Positions 51,962 through 63,559 of a DNA stretch of 64,000 nucleotides are shown here, piece by piece (the stretch's first letter is position 1; every line of letters starts with the position of its first letter). Position numbers and translations under genes: made by a program. The notes beneath the pieces were generated by a model. It saw only the letters and a program-made list of their open reading frames with translations. It was not told where the DNA came from and made no database searches. Source of the stretch: Octopus sinensis (taxonomy: Eukaryota); the NCBI RefSeq assembly GCF_006345805.1, contig NC_043001.1:110360001-110424000 (forward strand). The letters run 5' to 3'.

Positions 51962-53123
51962 CTAGCTTAAGGTTACTCGCTCTATGCGCGGGTGAGAGTG
52001 TGGTTGTTACTTTCTGTTTCTTATCGCCACATTCTCCCTCTTTGTTTCTCTCTCCTTTCTCACTTTCCCACTCTCTTACACTTCCTTTCTCTCTGACACT
52101 CCCTCGCTTTGCCTTACTCTCTACCTCTCTCTCATTTATAAAAAACAAAAGATCTCGATTAAGTTGAGAAAGAAATTATTTTGAAAGATCAGTCATAAAT
52201 ATCAAGCAGTGACAACGGAAAGCACACTTGCCACTATTTGACCGATTAAAAATAAGGAAAAAAAAAGGATTTCTTTGTTAAATTTAGTACTTATTTGGGG
52301 AATTTTTCGACGATTGACCATGCAAATGAAAGCTGTAAATTTCTTTCAGAAAAAAACGAAAGCTGTAAACAATAAAAATTAAAAGGCGAAAGTGCCTAAA
52401 ATGAGAAATTCTTTTCAATTTCAAATATCTTGCCTTAATTTTCAAAATTTCGAACCCATTTTCCGCGCTAAAATTACAAATCCGCTTCCACTTTACCATG
52501 TTGAAAATTTGATTGAAATCGGGCAGAAGGTGTCCAATCTAGACTCCCCAAGTGTCCCTAAAAATCAATAAAATCTCAGGTTTCACAGCAAAGCAACCAC
52601 TGTAGCGCCCCAAAACATATCCCAATCAATTTCTCACCTCAAGTTACCCCCTCCTGAAAAATTTAATCCCCTTTCAGCCCCATTTAGACCCCTTTTTACA
52701 TAAAAAATCCAATTTGCATCAGCGTTCGCGGGAATATTTAAACTTTTGCGGCTGTCAACGCTTTCTCTCTATAGACAGACGTACAGTGAGAGAGGTGGTG
52801 GGAGAAAAAGTGACAGAGAGACGAAGCTGTCAAATGTCGTTATAGAGAGAACGTGGAAGGAAGGAAGGAAAGAGACGGATCGAGGAGGACAGGGTGATAT
52901 CCGAAAGGGAGAAACGACAAACACTTGTCAAAGTCTGGGTTTTGTTGCCCTAGTAACCACACCTTTTGAGATAGTTTCTAACCTAGTCCAGTCGCATCCT
53001 CACCTCTTTTTCCATGTCCCTGTAAATTTTGGAGCCAATCCGACCCCATCTACCGGCCCTTAAACCGTTCCCATCCCAAAATGAGACAAACAAATTTTTC
53101 GCATTTCAGCTTTATATATAAGA
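51962..53123 (-). mobile_element. Non-autonomous Helitron (~1.16 kb), distinct subfamily
   Basis: The minus strand starts TCTTATATATAAAGCTGAAA (same 5' motif as 18803) and ends with an imperfect hairpin ACCCGCGCATAGAGCGAGT then AACCTTAAG-CTAG. The flanks are not the canonical A/T. Confidence 0.6.
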
Positions 53124-53659
53124 CGATTGTTACTGTTGTTTAGCCCTAGGAAACATCATTTCCAACTGGCTATACGACACAATATCTGTGTTCTAATATT
53201 TTCGAACAAGGTGTTCAGCATCCCCATCCAGGGCAAAGCAGCATCTGTCGACTGGTTCCTGGGTCAGTGCCCTTTATCAGTACAGAGTAGCCGTAACACC
53301 GCGCACATCTGCTTCGAATAAGAGAGCTCTAGTCACTGCTCTCCGTCGCAAATCGAATTCTAGCTTTGTTGCCGTTATGTGCCCCCGCTACTCCTGCCCA
53401 ACCATGGCTTTTGAGCCTTCATACTTCAGCTCACGCATTCTAGATCATACAATGCAACCTTCGTCTTCACGCCGAAAGAATTGTCAAGTGTCATTCGCCG
53501 CTAACACGTCCTTCGGTATTCCTCTTCTATGTGCCACTTCTAAGTTACTAACTAGTTTATTTTATATTCTATTGTTCTCTCAGGCAATATCTTTCCTAAA
53601 ATTAACTGATATATCTGTGATTTTTCTTTTTAAGGAAATCGTCACCTTTTGCTGATGAT

Positions 53660-54460
53660 AGACCGCGTCGATTCTCACTTAACTAGTATGGTAATCCGAT
53701 CCTTGATATCTTTCAATGTGGGGAAGGATCTGTTTATTTTCCTGTAGCTGGATCCTTTTCTAATTGTGTATTCTAAACTGACTTTAAGGGTCGCAAATTC
53801 GTAACCTGAATAGGCAACAACCTGAAACAGAGCAATTTATTCTATGCCTATCTCTTAGACTGATAAAAACCCTGTCTGAGAATGACCTGGATTACCCACT
53901 GTAATTTGACCATGTCTGTATTGGTGTATTAGGAAATCAAAGCGAAACCTGTCGTAGAGATGGACATGTCTGGGAGAGTTTGCGAGGCCTTTGCACCCTA
54001 CCCTCCAATCACGTACTCACACAAAATCCTTGCGTGTGTCCATGATCTCATTCCACTTGTCCACTAACAGAAGTGAGCGAGGTGTTTCAAGAAAAGTCTT
54101 AAGATGTATAAACAACCACTAATCTTAAGGTTGCACTGTTGCCTTCCTTGCTGCGTACGTACAAGTCCACTAACCTACCGTCCGTGTCTATGAAATCGGT
54201 ATTCGCTTTCACGTTAAGGTCTTTCGGAAACAACATTGTGATGCCACTTGGTCCAACTGGAGGGTACATGAACCGCGTGGTCCTTCAGAAGCAGAGAAAG
54301 CGATTGCGTTTCGGAAATTCTAGTGTGAATGATGGCTACTGTATGTAGATCTAGTAACCCGAGGCCGTTGAGCAGATGACACTTCCTCCCTGTCCTCATG
54401 TCATGAACATTTATACAGCATATTCTTAGAATTTTTTGATGAGGGAAAGACACTAGCTAT
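53660..54460 (-). pseudogene. L1/Tx1-clade LINE AP-endonuclease domain, decayed
   Basis: LRICCINVHDMRTGRK...LDLHTVAIIHTRI (APE start, ORF 54214..54453), then in shifted frames FRKDLNV...DTDGRLVDL...LRLVVVY, TWSNYSG*SRSFSDRV and KGSSYRKIN (cf. GxGYWKLN). Confidence 0.75.
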
Positions 54461-54859
54461 CCTAGTCTTTGGGTGGTCACTTTTCAGGCCTCTGCATGGG
54501 CCTTTTTATATTATGTTTTATTATAACGTTTTGAAACCCCACACACACATCATGGGAGAAATGTTTCCTCAAAATATGTTACGTGGTGGGAGTTATTCTT
54601 ACCAAAACTATCCCTTCCGATGCTTTGGAAATGATAACAGCGTCAGGACCCTTGCAATAATAACAGTTTCAAATGTTGGTAAATGGTCAGCAATTTTTTG
54701 AGAGGACGTTAGTCGATTACATCGAATTTAAAAAACTTGGCTGAATTTAAACTTAGGACATAAAAACGGACGAAATGCTACTAAACGTTTTTCCAGCACG
54801 GTAACGATTCTGGAACTTCGTCACCTTGCTTCTTAATATTGGTTAAAACTTTGACACAA

Positions 54860-55045
54860 GGCCAGCAATTTCGAGCAATGGGCTAAGTTGATTATATCGA
54901 CCCCAGTGCGTAACTGGTACTTAATTTATCGATCCCGAAAGGTTGAAAGGCAAAGTCGACCTCGGCGGAATTTGAACTCACAACATAGCGGCAGACGAAA
55001 TATGGCTACGCATTTCTCCCAGCGTGCTAACGTTTCTGCCAGCTC
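54860..55045 (-). mobile_element. SINE family C
   Basis: TCGACCCCAGTGCGTAACTGGTACTTAATTTATCGA...GGAATTTGAACTC...GTTTCTGCCAGCTC is the reverse complement of 7590-7750. Confidence 0.85.
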
Positions 55046-56219
55046 AAATACCGCTAAGCGTTTTTTCCGGCACGGTAAGGATTCTGGAAGCTCACCCCTT
55101 TACAACTTAAATTTAATTTTGCAAATCAGAAATATTTACGCGAAAGTCTTTAAGGGGAAATAAAACATGAAATGCAACTCTTTACTAAGGCACGTTAGGA
55201 CATCAGGCATACCTATTCGACTCTAATGCAAGTATTGTTGCCTCATGTTCCCAGGAACCAGTTATTTGTATGTTGAATAGGTTGGTGTAGATAAACACCT
55301 AATCCTTCAGAGCAGAGTTGTTTCAGTTCGTTATTTTATACTTCTATTATTTATACTAAGACCCCGTAACTTATTTCTTTCCTGTGTTACAAACTCAAGC
55401 TGCACCTCTGTTATCATTTATCGCACCACAAATACACGATTTTATCTATTAGTGGTCGGTCTGAATTTCGAAGGACGTTGAATCTCACTTCTTCACCTGC
55501 CTAATAATTTTTAGGTGTCATTGCCTTTTATGCAACAGCTGTTGTTGATATTTTCATTTTGCAGTTGTTGTTTAGTCCCAGGCAATTCATACAAAATTAA
55601 ATCCCAGCCAAAACTACGCAGTGCGTTACCAATATGTAGGATCACGTTATCCAATATGTTCTCTCCTTATTTGTTACGTCAAAATGCGATTTGCAGACGA
55701 TATGATGGTTTCATCTAATAAGGTCAATCAGCCACGTAAAGGCTTACCCTTCGGCACGTTTTGCTATCAGCAGAGGTGAAAAATGGTGGATATAGCGTTG
55801 CATGGTTCTGATACTTATTGTTAAGCGTGATTAAATGAATATTCTCCAGTCACAATCTGACAGATGCCTATTTATTCAATGCAAATTTGATGCTTTTTCT
55901 GACCCCACAGAAATGGCCTCTGCTTTGGTATGCGTTGTTGCACCTGCGATCTGTATTTAATTACCATGAATGGGTATTACAGGTGGGTGGTAGTGAGGAT
56001 TTGTATATGGCGGTTGGATTATATTATTGGAGAAAGAAGAAACAGCAAGCGTTTACTACTGAGAACTTCTTTGGGGCAAAATGAAATGATAATTGGTGAT
56101 GGAGGAAGGAAATTGGAAAGAAAATGTTATTAATTATGAAGAATAAAACAAATCGAAAACGAGGCTAATGAGAAAGTTGAAGTGGGTGGGTCAAACAATA
56201 AAATCGGGAAGAATATTAA

Positions 56220-56585
56220 AAGTGTGGCTGTGTGGTAAGTAGGTTGTTTAGCAAGCACATCGTTCCAGGTTCAGTTCCACTGCGTGGGCCCTTGGGCAAG
56301 CGTCTTTTACCCACCAAAGCCCTGTGAGTGGATATGGTAGACGGAAGGTGAAAGAGGTTTGTCATTTATACATATATATATGTGTGTGTGTATGTTTGTG
56401 TGTCTATTTTTGTCCCCCAACACCGCTTGACAACCGATGCTGGTGTGTTTACGTCCGCGAAACTTGGCATTTCGGCAACAGAGCCCAATAGAATACGTAC
56501 TAGGCTTACAAAGAATAAGTCCTCGGTTCGATTTTTCTCTACTAAAAGCGGTGTTCCAGCATGGCCGCAGTCAAATGACTAAACT
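56220..56585 (+). mobile_element. SINE family A, abutting the truncated end of the PLE
   Basis: Family A head to CAGCATGGCCGCAGTCAAATGACT; the AAAAGAG tail is missing. Confidence 0.85.
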
Positions 56586-58006
56586 AAATTTAGTCGTTTG
56601 TTGTTTTTTATGCTATATTTGTTTAATATGTTTTTCATTTTGGGGCTTTGTAAGGCTATTGGTAGGTTTGAATGTATGGTTTGGAACATGTTGGTAACTC
56701 CAGGGTTGTGCATGTTTATAAAAGGGATAATGTTTTCTTTGTTTTTTGTTTTGGGTGTCCTGAGTTGGTCGATGTCTAGTTTTAATGCTCTTGTGATTCC
56801 TTCTATAGGTTTAAGGGGGTATTTTTGCTCTTGGAGGAAGTTTTTAAGTTCATCTAGTCTTATTAGTCGTATTTGTGAATCAGTTACTATGCTACATATT
56901 TGTCTTGCCATACTATATGGGATGTTTCTTTTTGTGTGTGATGGGTGGCAGGAGTGGAAATTTAAATATTGGTGTGTGTCAGTTTTTTTGTAGTGGATGT
57001 CTGTTGTGACGATGGAGTTGTGTATTTTGATGTTGATGTCTAGGAAGGGAAGTTCGTTGTAGCTGGTATCTATTATGAAGTTGATAGATGGATGCAGCGT
57101 ATTGAGGATGTTGTGGAATGTTCGTAGGTCTTCTTCTGATCTGTTCCAAAAGATGAAGCAGTCATCGAGGTAGCGTTTCCACTTTTTCTTGATGTCTTCT
57201 TTGAAGTCGTGTTCGAAGACTTTCCCTATTTCATCGTATAGTTTGTTCTCCAGGAAACCCATCACCAGGTTGGCATATGAAGATGCGAAGTTTGTACCCA
57301 TAGCCGTGCCTTTTATCTGTCGGTATGTCTTGTTGTTGAATGGGAATGTATTTTCTTCGAGTATTAATTGGGTGGCTTGGGTGATAAAGTTTGTCTTGAA
57401 GCGTTCGTCTATAAGTTCTCTGTATTTTTCTATCGATTGTTTTATTGCTTCTAGACCTAGGGTGTGTGGTATGTTTGTGTATATATTTGTGACATCAAAG
57501 CTTGCAAGTATGGTGTTTTTCGGGACTGTATTTGGAATGTGTGTGAGGAAGTCTATGTCATCCCTTATGTAGCTTGGTATCTGTGGGCATAAAGGTTTGA
57601 GGGGTATATCTATGAAGTGGCTTAGTTGTTGTGTTGGTACCTGGGGTCCTACCACTATTGGTCTCATTGTGAGGTCTGCAGGCCTTTGTATTCTTATATA
57701 GTGGTTCCTCTGTTCCTTTATGGCTCTCTGTATTTCAGAACTTTTATGAATTTTAGGTAATCCATAAAAATTGCTTTCTTTGGTTCTTGAGTTGTATAGA
57801 TAGTCTTTTTCCTTATCTGTAAAGGAGTCCTGGTATTTATTAACTAAAGTTCTAATTTTTTTTATTGTTGATTTCTCCGGTGGTGTTGGTTCCTCTTTAT
57901 AGTATGTCTGGTTGTTCAGTAACTCCAGTATCTTTTCTTTGTCGTAATCTGTATCCATAATTACTATTGCTCCACCTTTGTCAGCTTCTTTTATAATGAT
58001 TGACAT
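56579..58006 (-). CDS. Penelope-like element reverse transcriptase, open 475-aa fragment (endonuclease missing)
   Basis: ADKGGAIVIMD, FYGLPKIHK, RPIV, SFDVTNIYTNIP, YRQIKGTAMGT, KRYLDDCF, LPFLDI and YKKTDTHQYLNFHSCHP are all diagnostic PLE RT motifs. Homology appears to continue upstream to about 58160 through a frameshift near 58050. Confidence 0.92.
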   Translation of the reverse strand: MSIIIKEADKGGAIVIMDTDYDKEKILELLNNQTYYKEEPTPPEKSTIKKIRTLVNKYQDSFTDKEKDYLYNSRTKESNFYGLPKIHKSSEIQRAIKEQRNHYIRIQRPADLTMRPIVVGPQVPTQQLSHFIDIPLKPLCPQIPSYIRDDIDFLTHIPNTVPKNTILASFDVTNIYTNIPHTLGLEAIKQSIEKYRELIDERFKTNFITQATQLILEENTFPFNNKTYRQIKGTAMGTNFASSYANLVMGFLENKLYDEIGKVFEHDFKEDIKKKWKRYLDDCFIFWNRSEEDLRTFHNILNTLHPSINFIIDTSYNELPFLDINIKIHNSIVTTDIHYKKTDTHQYLNFHSCHPSHTKRNIPYSMARQICSIVTDSQIRLIRLDELKNFLQEQKYPLKPIEGITRALKLDIDQLRTPKTKNKENIIPFINMHNPGVTNMFQTIHSNLPIALQSPKMKNILNKYSIKNNKRLNLV

Positions 58007-58190
58007 GTCATTTTTCAGTTTTTGTAAGGCTTGTTTTTCTCCTCTGCGGGAGATTCTGTTTGCATTTGTGTGTGTGGAGAGGGAATTTGGATATTGTCTC
58101 TATGTATGCGTCAAGGTGTTTGTCACTTCTCGTGTAAGGGCTGAAATGGGATTTTTTTCTTAAGATTGAGTTATCTTATATATATTATAT

Positions 58191-58250
<60 letters not shown>

Positions 58251-58660
58251 TGTATATACACATACACATATATATATATATATATATATACATATATTCA
58301 TACATATATGTATATACACATACAATATATATATATATATATAATATATATATATATACATACATATACATATATACATACATATATGTATATACACATA
58401 CAAATATATATATACATACATATATACATACATTTTATGCATATATATATACATATATACATACATGTATACATACATTTTATACTAATATCTATTTTTT
58501 CTTTTAATAATTACATTAGTTACGGAGATGTACTTGCATAGCAAGTGATTTGATCTGAGATCGTGTGCTGAAACGAAAATAATTGCAGCGTGGAAGGTGT
58601 TTGTAGGCCATTTAAGAAACACACAAAAACCGTTCGATTCACTTCAACATTTATGTTTAA

Positions 58661-58711
58661 TTTGTCAAAATATTTTCGTCGCTTTAAGACCGCGACCTGT
58701 TCACTGACAAA
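58661..58711 (-). ncRNA. Minimal type I hammerhead ribozyme variant (G3-C8 core), mirror copy
   Basis: Minus strand TTTGTCA-GTGAACA-G-GTCGC-GGTCTTAAA-GCGAC-GAA-AATATT-T-TGACAAA. Confidence 0.62.
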
Positions 58712-58728
58712 AATCCGTGGCACGGATT

Positions 58729-58779
58729 TTTGTCAGTGAACAGGTCTCGGTCTTAAAGGGACGAAAATATTTTGACAAA
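58729..58779 (+). ncRNA. Minimal type I hammerhead ribozyme variant (G3-C8 core)
   Basis: TTTGTCA-GTGAACA-G-GTCTC-GGTCTTAAA-GGGAC-GAA-AATATT-T-TGACAAA: 7-bp helix I, 5-bp helix II, palindromic helix III. Confidence 0.6.
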
Positions 58780-60419
58780 TTAAACTTAAATGATTACTTT
58801 AGTTTTATTTCATTTACTACGTACCAAATAAAATAAAATAAGTGCAGAAGTCAAATGGTAATTTTCTTAGTATTGTAGAAGTTGTATATGTGAGTAAGCA
58901 ATGGAGAAATACTTCCCAGCCTCAAACAAGACTGACAAATCTCTTACACAGAACAAAGCTTAAGGCCGACTCAGTATTGACATTAACTCCCTCGTTTATC
59001 TTCTTGCTTTAACTGATATATATATATATATACATATACATAGATGTGTGTGTGTTCCGTATGTATGAACGTATGTATGTATACATCTATGCATGTATAA
59101 ACTGAATTAATTACAGGCGAGAGGTTTTAAGTGCCAGTTTCTTTCCCCCTAAAGTCATGTCAATTTTATTGAGTAACAAGTGACAACGAGAAAGACAATG
59201 TACATCACAAATTCTATTTTCTTTAAGCCTGGAGTACAGGAGATTCCTTTTTGCCTATTAACAAACAAACCAATCTTTATTGTAGCTTTCTACCCACAGA
59301 GAATATATTAGTGATAGTTTCTGAGATGTTTCAAATTTCTTGTTTCCTTTTCGTGAATCGCAAAGTTACTTATCGAAGGGAAATGGAGAATTTTATTAGA
59401 TGGCTTCTAAGGCGGAACAGGATTATACCGGAAGTAGAGCTTTAACCGGATATTGAAACCAAACTCTTGGAGAATAGCTGCCATCATATATTTTGATTTA
59501 CAATACATAACAAAACATGCAATAGATTGATAGTTCCTTCATCAAATCACAAATGCATATTTGTGCTTGACTTCCAAACACAAATGTCCATTATGCTTGG
59601 ATTCCTATCAGATCTAATTAACTGATAATTTAGAAATTATTCTATGTTTATTAAAGGTGTAATAATTATTACTATTTTTGTAGCGGTTGTTTATGTCCAG
59701 CTCAGACCTGATCAAATAGAACTATGAGAAATATGAGCGCCAGTTGTTAGGTTCATCTCTCCTTGACAGCTCATTTTTGGAGAGCTAAATTATTTGGAAA
59801 ATCACTCCAATCACCTCCTTATGTACAAGGCCAGCAATTTTTAGCTGGTATTCATTTTATCAGCCTCGAAAGGAGGAAAGTTAAAGTCGACCTCGGCGGA
59901 ATTTGAACTCAGAACGTAATGCTGACACTCACATTGGCAACTAATATCTACAATGCATATACATATTATAGACGAGAATCAACATCAGCGACTCAGTCCC
60001 CTAAAGCACTTATCAAATCCGATTCAGGTTAGCAAATTACATAAAATAAATGAATGAAAGATTTCTTTCTGATATTGTAGGTTTAAAATTATCGCGTGAT
60101 CAAACGACAAAGAAAACACTTCGAATTTACTGATTTCTAACGAAATAACCGATAATAACATAAACACACATATACATACATATATGCAAGCAAACATGCA
60201 CAAGCATACGCATTCCTATATCTATGTATACGTATGTAAACATACACAGATATATTGGGTTGTCCGGAAAGTTCTGAGCGTTTTTTGATATACAAAACGG
60301 GTTATAATTGACCTTTCAGTAAATTTTATTCAATGAAATAATTTCCATTATTATTAATGAATTTTGTCCATCTATTAGGCATTTCAAATATCCCTTAGCA
60401 TAAATTTTGAAGAAAATTA

Positions 60420-61087
60420 GTTAGCCCACTGTGGTCTCCTCACACAAGACAAAACATCTCCAGAATTGAGTCACCCCAGAGGGCTCTCACTAAACAAATT
60501 GAAGGCATGGCTGCTCTCGATTATTGGGATCGCCTTAAAGCCTTGAAACTTTACTCCCTCCAGCGTCACCGTGAGCGGTACATCATTTGTACGATGTGGA
60601 AAATATACCGCCAACTTTGCCCAAACGACCTAAACATTAGCTTCAAGGTTCATCCAAGACTTGGACCACGGGCTATACGTCCCTGCCCAATTCAAGATCA
60701 CAACATACATGTACACTGCAACATAATTTCTTTTCCTCAACAGGCCCTGCCCTATTTAACATTGTCCCGAGGGAGATCAAAGAGGAAAAGGATCCCATCA
60801 ACTTTAAACAGAGTCTGAATAGATTCCTTCAAAGAATACCAGATAAGCCACCCATAATTGGATACAACTCACCCAACAAGAACTCACTCCTTGAACAAAA
60901 CTGGATACAACTCACCCAACAAGAACTCACTCCTTGAATAAAACTGGATACAACTCACCCAACAAGAACTCACTACTTGAACAAAACTTGACTTAAACAG
61001 GATTCGAATAATCCTATCAGGTGGTGCTATTAAGTTAGACATGGCCTGGACCAATCTTTGGTCGAAACATATCTAAGTTTATCTAAT
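60420..61087 (+). mobile_element. CR1/L2-group LINE 3' fragment
   Basis: SPLWSPH...IESPQRALTKQIEGMAALDYWDRLKALKLYSLQRHRERY (ORF 60507..60818), then GPALFNIVP...FKQSLNRFLQRIPDKP. Short 3' UTR with hairpin GACCAA-TCT-TTGGTC and a short ATCTAA repeat tail. Confidence 0.85.
60858..60986. repeat. 43-bp tandem triplication
   Basis: (C/T)TGGATACAACTCACCCAACAAGAACTCACTCCTTGAACAAAA at 60858, 60901 and 60944. Confidence 0.95.
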
Positions 61088-62396
61088 ATCATTAAATGTT
61101 TGTCCTTGCAATGAGTTGTGTAGTGGCACAAACAAGGGGTAATCAAAGGGGAAAATGTCAAGAAAACATGATTTCATTCTGTTTCAAAAGCATATCACAA
61201 ACAGAATATCGGTCGAAGCAATTCTTTTTTGAGAGCTTCTGAGGGACCCATACATTAAAGCGAGAAATGTATCCTCGCTTCACTAGGTGTTCATGACTTG
61301 TACTTTAAGAAACTTTCAACTCCTCTGTAAGTTCTCCGGTCATGTTATTTGAGTTTTCTTCGGCATTTGCCTTGAAAAAAATCTTCATCCAATTTTGAAG
61401 GTCTTCCAGTGCGACTGTCAGCTTCCAAGCTAAACTCTCCAGCTTTAAATTCTGCAAACCACCTTCGAACAGTTGATTCACTTACAGCATTTTCTCTTTT
61501 TTTATAAAAAAAAAAAAGGCATTACAAGGCGAATATGAAATTTTTGGTTATCCATTTCAAATGTCAATAAAGGGTAACCGGAATGAAAGACAAATCTAAT
61601 TTTAGGAAGGAGTAAGAGATGCTCTACCACTTCAAGCAATGCCTAATTTTTTAACTGTGCTACCTTTCAGGTGTGTTCAATGAAACGTTAAACGATTTAG
61701 CTTTAAAATTCTTAGAACATGGAGAAAAGAGGAACGTGTATAACATTTAGGAAGGAATGTGGAAGAACCGTGTCTTTTAAACAAAACCCTTTGCGATATT
61801 TGTTCTGCATAGAATTACACATGCGCTCCCTAAAACTGTAGCTGCAGGACATGCAAAGAAACGGTCACTAGATTGCTTATGACCTGTTGTTAACAGACTT
61901 ATTGTTCACTAATTGTATTATACAATATTAAATTTCGTAATAATTGTATTTTTAATGAAATTTAATGAAATGTTTTCTTTCGTAATTAAATTATCCTGTA
62001 TGTGATATCCCTTCAGCAAGAGTAATATAATTGTAGAATCAATTAAAGAAAAAACAGAAACTTTACTCTCAAACAATCGGAAGTTCAACCAAAAACTAAC
62101 TTTAATTGTGGACAAATAATCAACCATAAGAAAAGAATACCTGTAAGGCATAGTTTATCGAACGATAGAATACTGAATAGAAAAATTAATTCGTATTTGT
62201 TATGTAGAAGTAGAAACAGAGAGTAAAAATGGGTACAAGAAATGAATGCACATACAAAATGTACGAAGAAACAAAATTTGTTTCAGAGAGCGAGAGAGAG
62301 AGAGAGAGAGAGGTGGGGGAGGCAGAGGGAAAGAAAACTGTAAAGAACGCTGAGTGTAGAGTAAATTAAAATTGTGAAGAACAACTAAAAGATGTG

Positions 62397-62464
<68 letters not shown>

Positions 62465-62562
62465 AAGATAGATAGATAGATTGATAGATGGATAGATTGA
62501 TACATAGATAGATAGATAAATACATAGATAGGTTGGTTGATTGACTGATATATATATATATC

Positions 62563-62595
<33 letters not shown>

Positions 62596-62996
62596 TATAT
62601 GTATGTATATATATACGTATATATACACTAGATATCCAATCGATTTAAGACGAATAGGAAATAGCAAATTAAATGTCGTCCAAAGCTTTTATTTATTATT
62701 TCATCATTTAAAGAACGTATTCTTGTACCTCATTAATGTCGAATATTCAACAATGGCATTTGCTAATGGCTACTACAAACATTGGAACCGTTATATACAA
62801 ACATTATCAATTAGTTCTTCATTAATATATGCTTTATCTGACAAGTGTGTATTTTTTCTGCTAGGAAATCCCAAAATTTATGTGCACGCGTACTGACGCA
62901 CGCGTACACACACACACACGCACAAAAGACACCCCACATACACATAATCGAACACGATCATATCTGTACATACGCATATATATGTAAGTTTAAATA

Positions 62997-63070
<74 letters not shown>

Positions 63071-63559
63071 CATAAATATAACTAAATATATATATATATA
63101 TAAAAAATAGAGTTATTCAAATTATTTTACTTCCGACAAATGTTTCGACGATCATAACTGGTATTATTTGAAAGGAATAAAATGATGTAAAACAATGTAA
63201 TCTTCTCTTCAGGGAAATGAAGAAATGAAACTCGTCAATAAGATATTTTAAGAGAATATGATGAATATGCATAGTAATTAAGTGAACGCTATTAAGTTTG
63301 TTTTAAAAACGCGTTAGAGGATATAACGTCAAAGGTAGCCTATAGAAAGAGGAGGGGTAAATGAAAGAAAAGTAAAATCCTCAAATAAATGAGAAGTATA
63401 TAACGATATGTAAATAAATAAAACCCTATAGTCTTGAAAAAAGATATGTCTAGTGAATGTGAAATGTAAGAAGAAAATTAATGTTTAAATTATATATAAT
63501 GATAGATATCACTTATATGAAGTAAAAGCGTGTTTCTGCCAATGTTTACATCGGTAGAC

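Larger units (their letters stand above)
58520..58792. mobile_element. Penelope-type pseudo-LTR with inverted terminal duplication
   Basis: A ~200-bp unit (58520-58719) whose last 72 bp are repeated in inverted orientation (58721-58792); the repeated part carries a hammerhead-like fold. Confidence 0.6.
60255..61560 (-). mobile_element. Decayed mariner transposon interrupted by a LINE
   Basis: Minus strand: ENAVSESTVRRWFAEFKAGEFSLEADSRTGRPSKLD (HTH, ~61390-61497), LDIFPFDYPLFVPLHNSLQGQTFN (degenerate YSPDLAPSDYHLF, ~61092-61165), YAKGIFEMPNRWTKFINNNGNYF* (C-terminus, ~60325-60402). TIR-like TA-TTGGGTTGTCCGGAAAG at 60255; the second TIR was not found. Confidence 0.85.

Noticed and set aside
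60858-60986. CRISPR-like direct repeats
   Set aside because: The 43-bp units are contiguous with no spacers, lie inside a LINE, and there are no cas genes in this eukaryotic context.
281-63075. Numerous [16 protein letters not shown], poly-L, poly-I and poly-H ORFs in the track (e.g. 9062..9685, 36972..37640, 39584..40456)
   Set aside because: They are translations of stop-free microsatellites, open in several frames at once, with no domain content.
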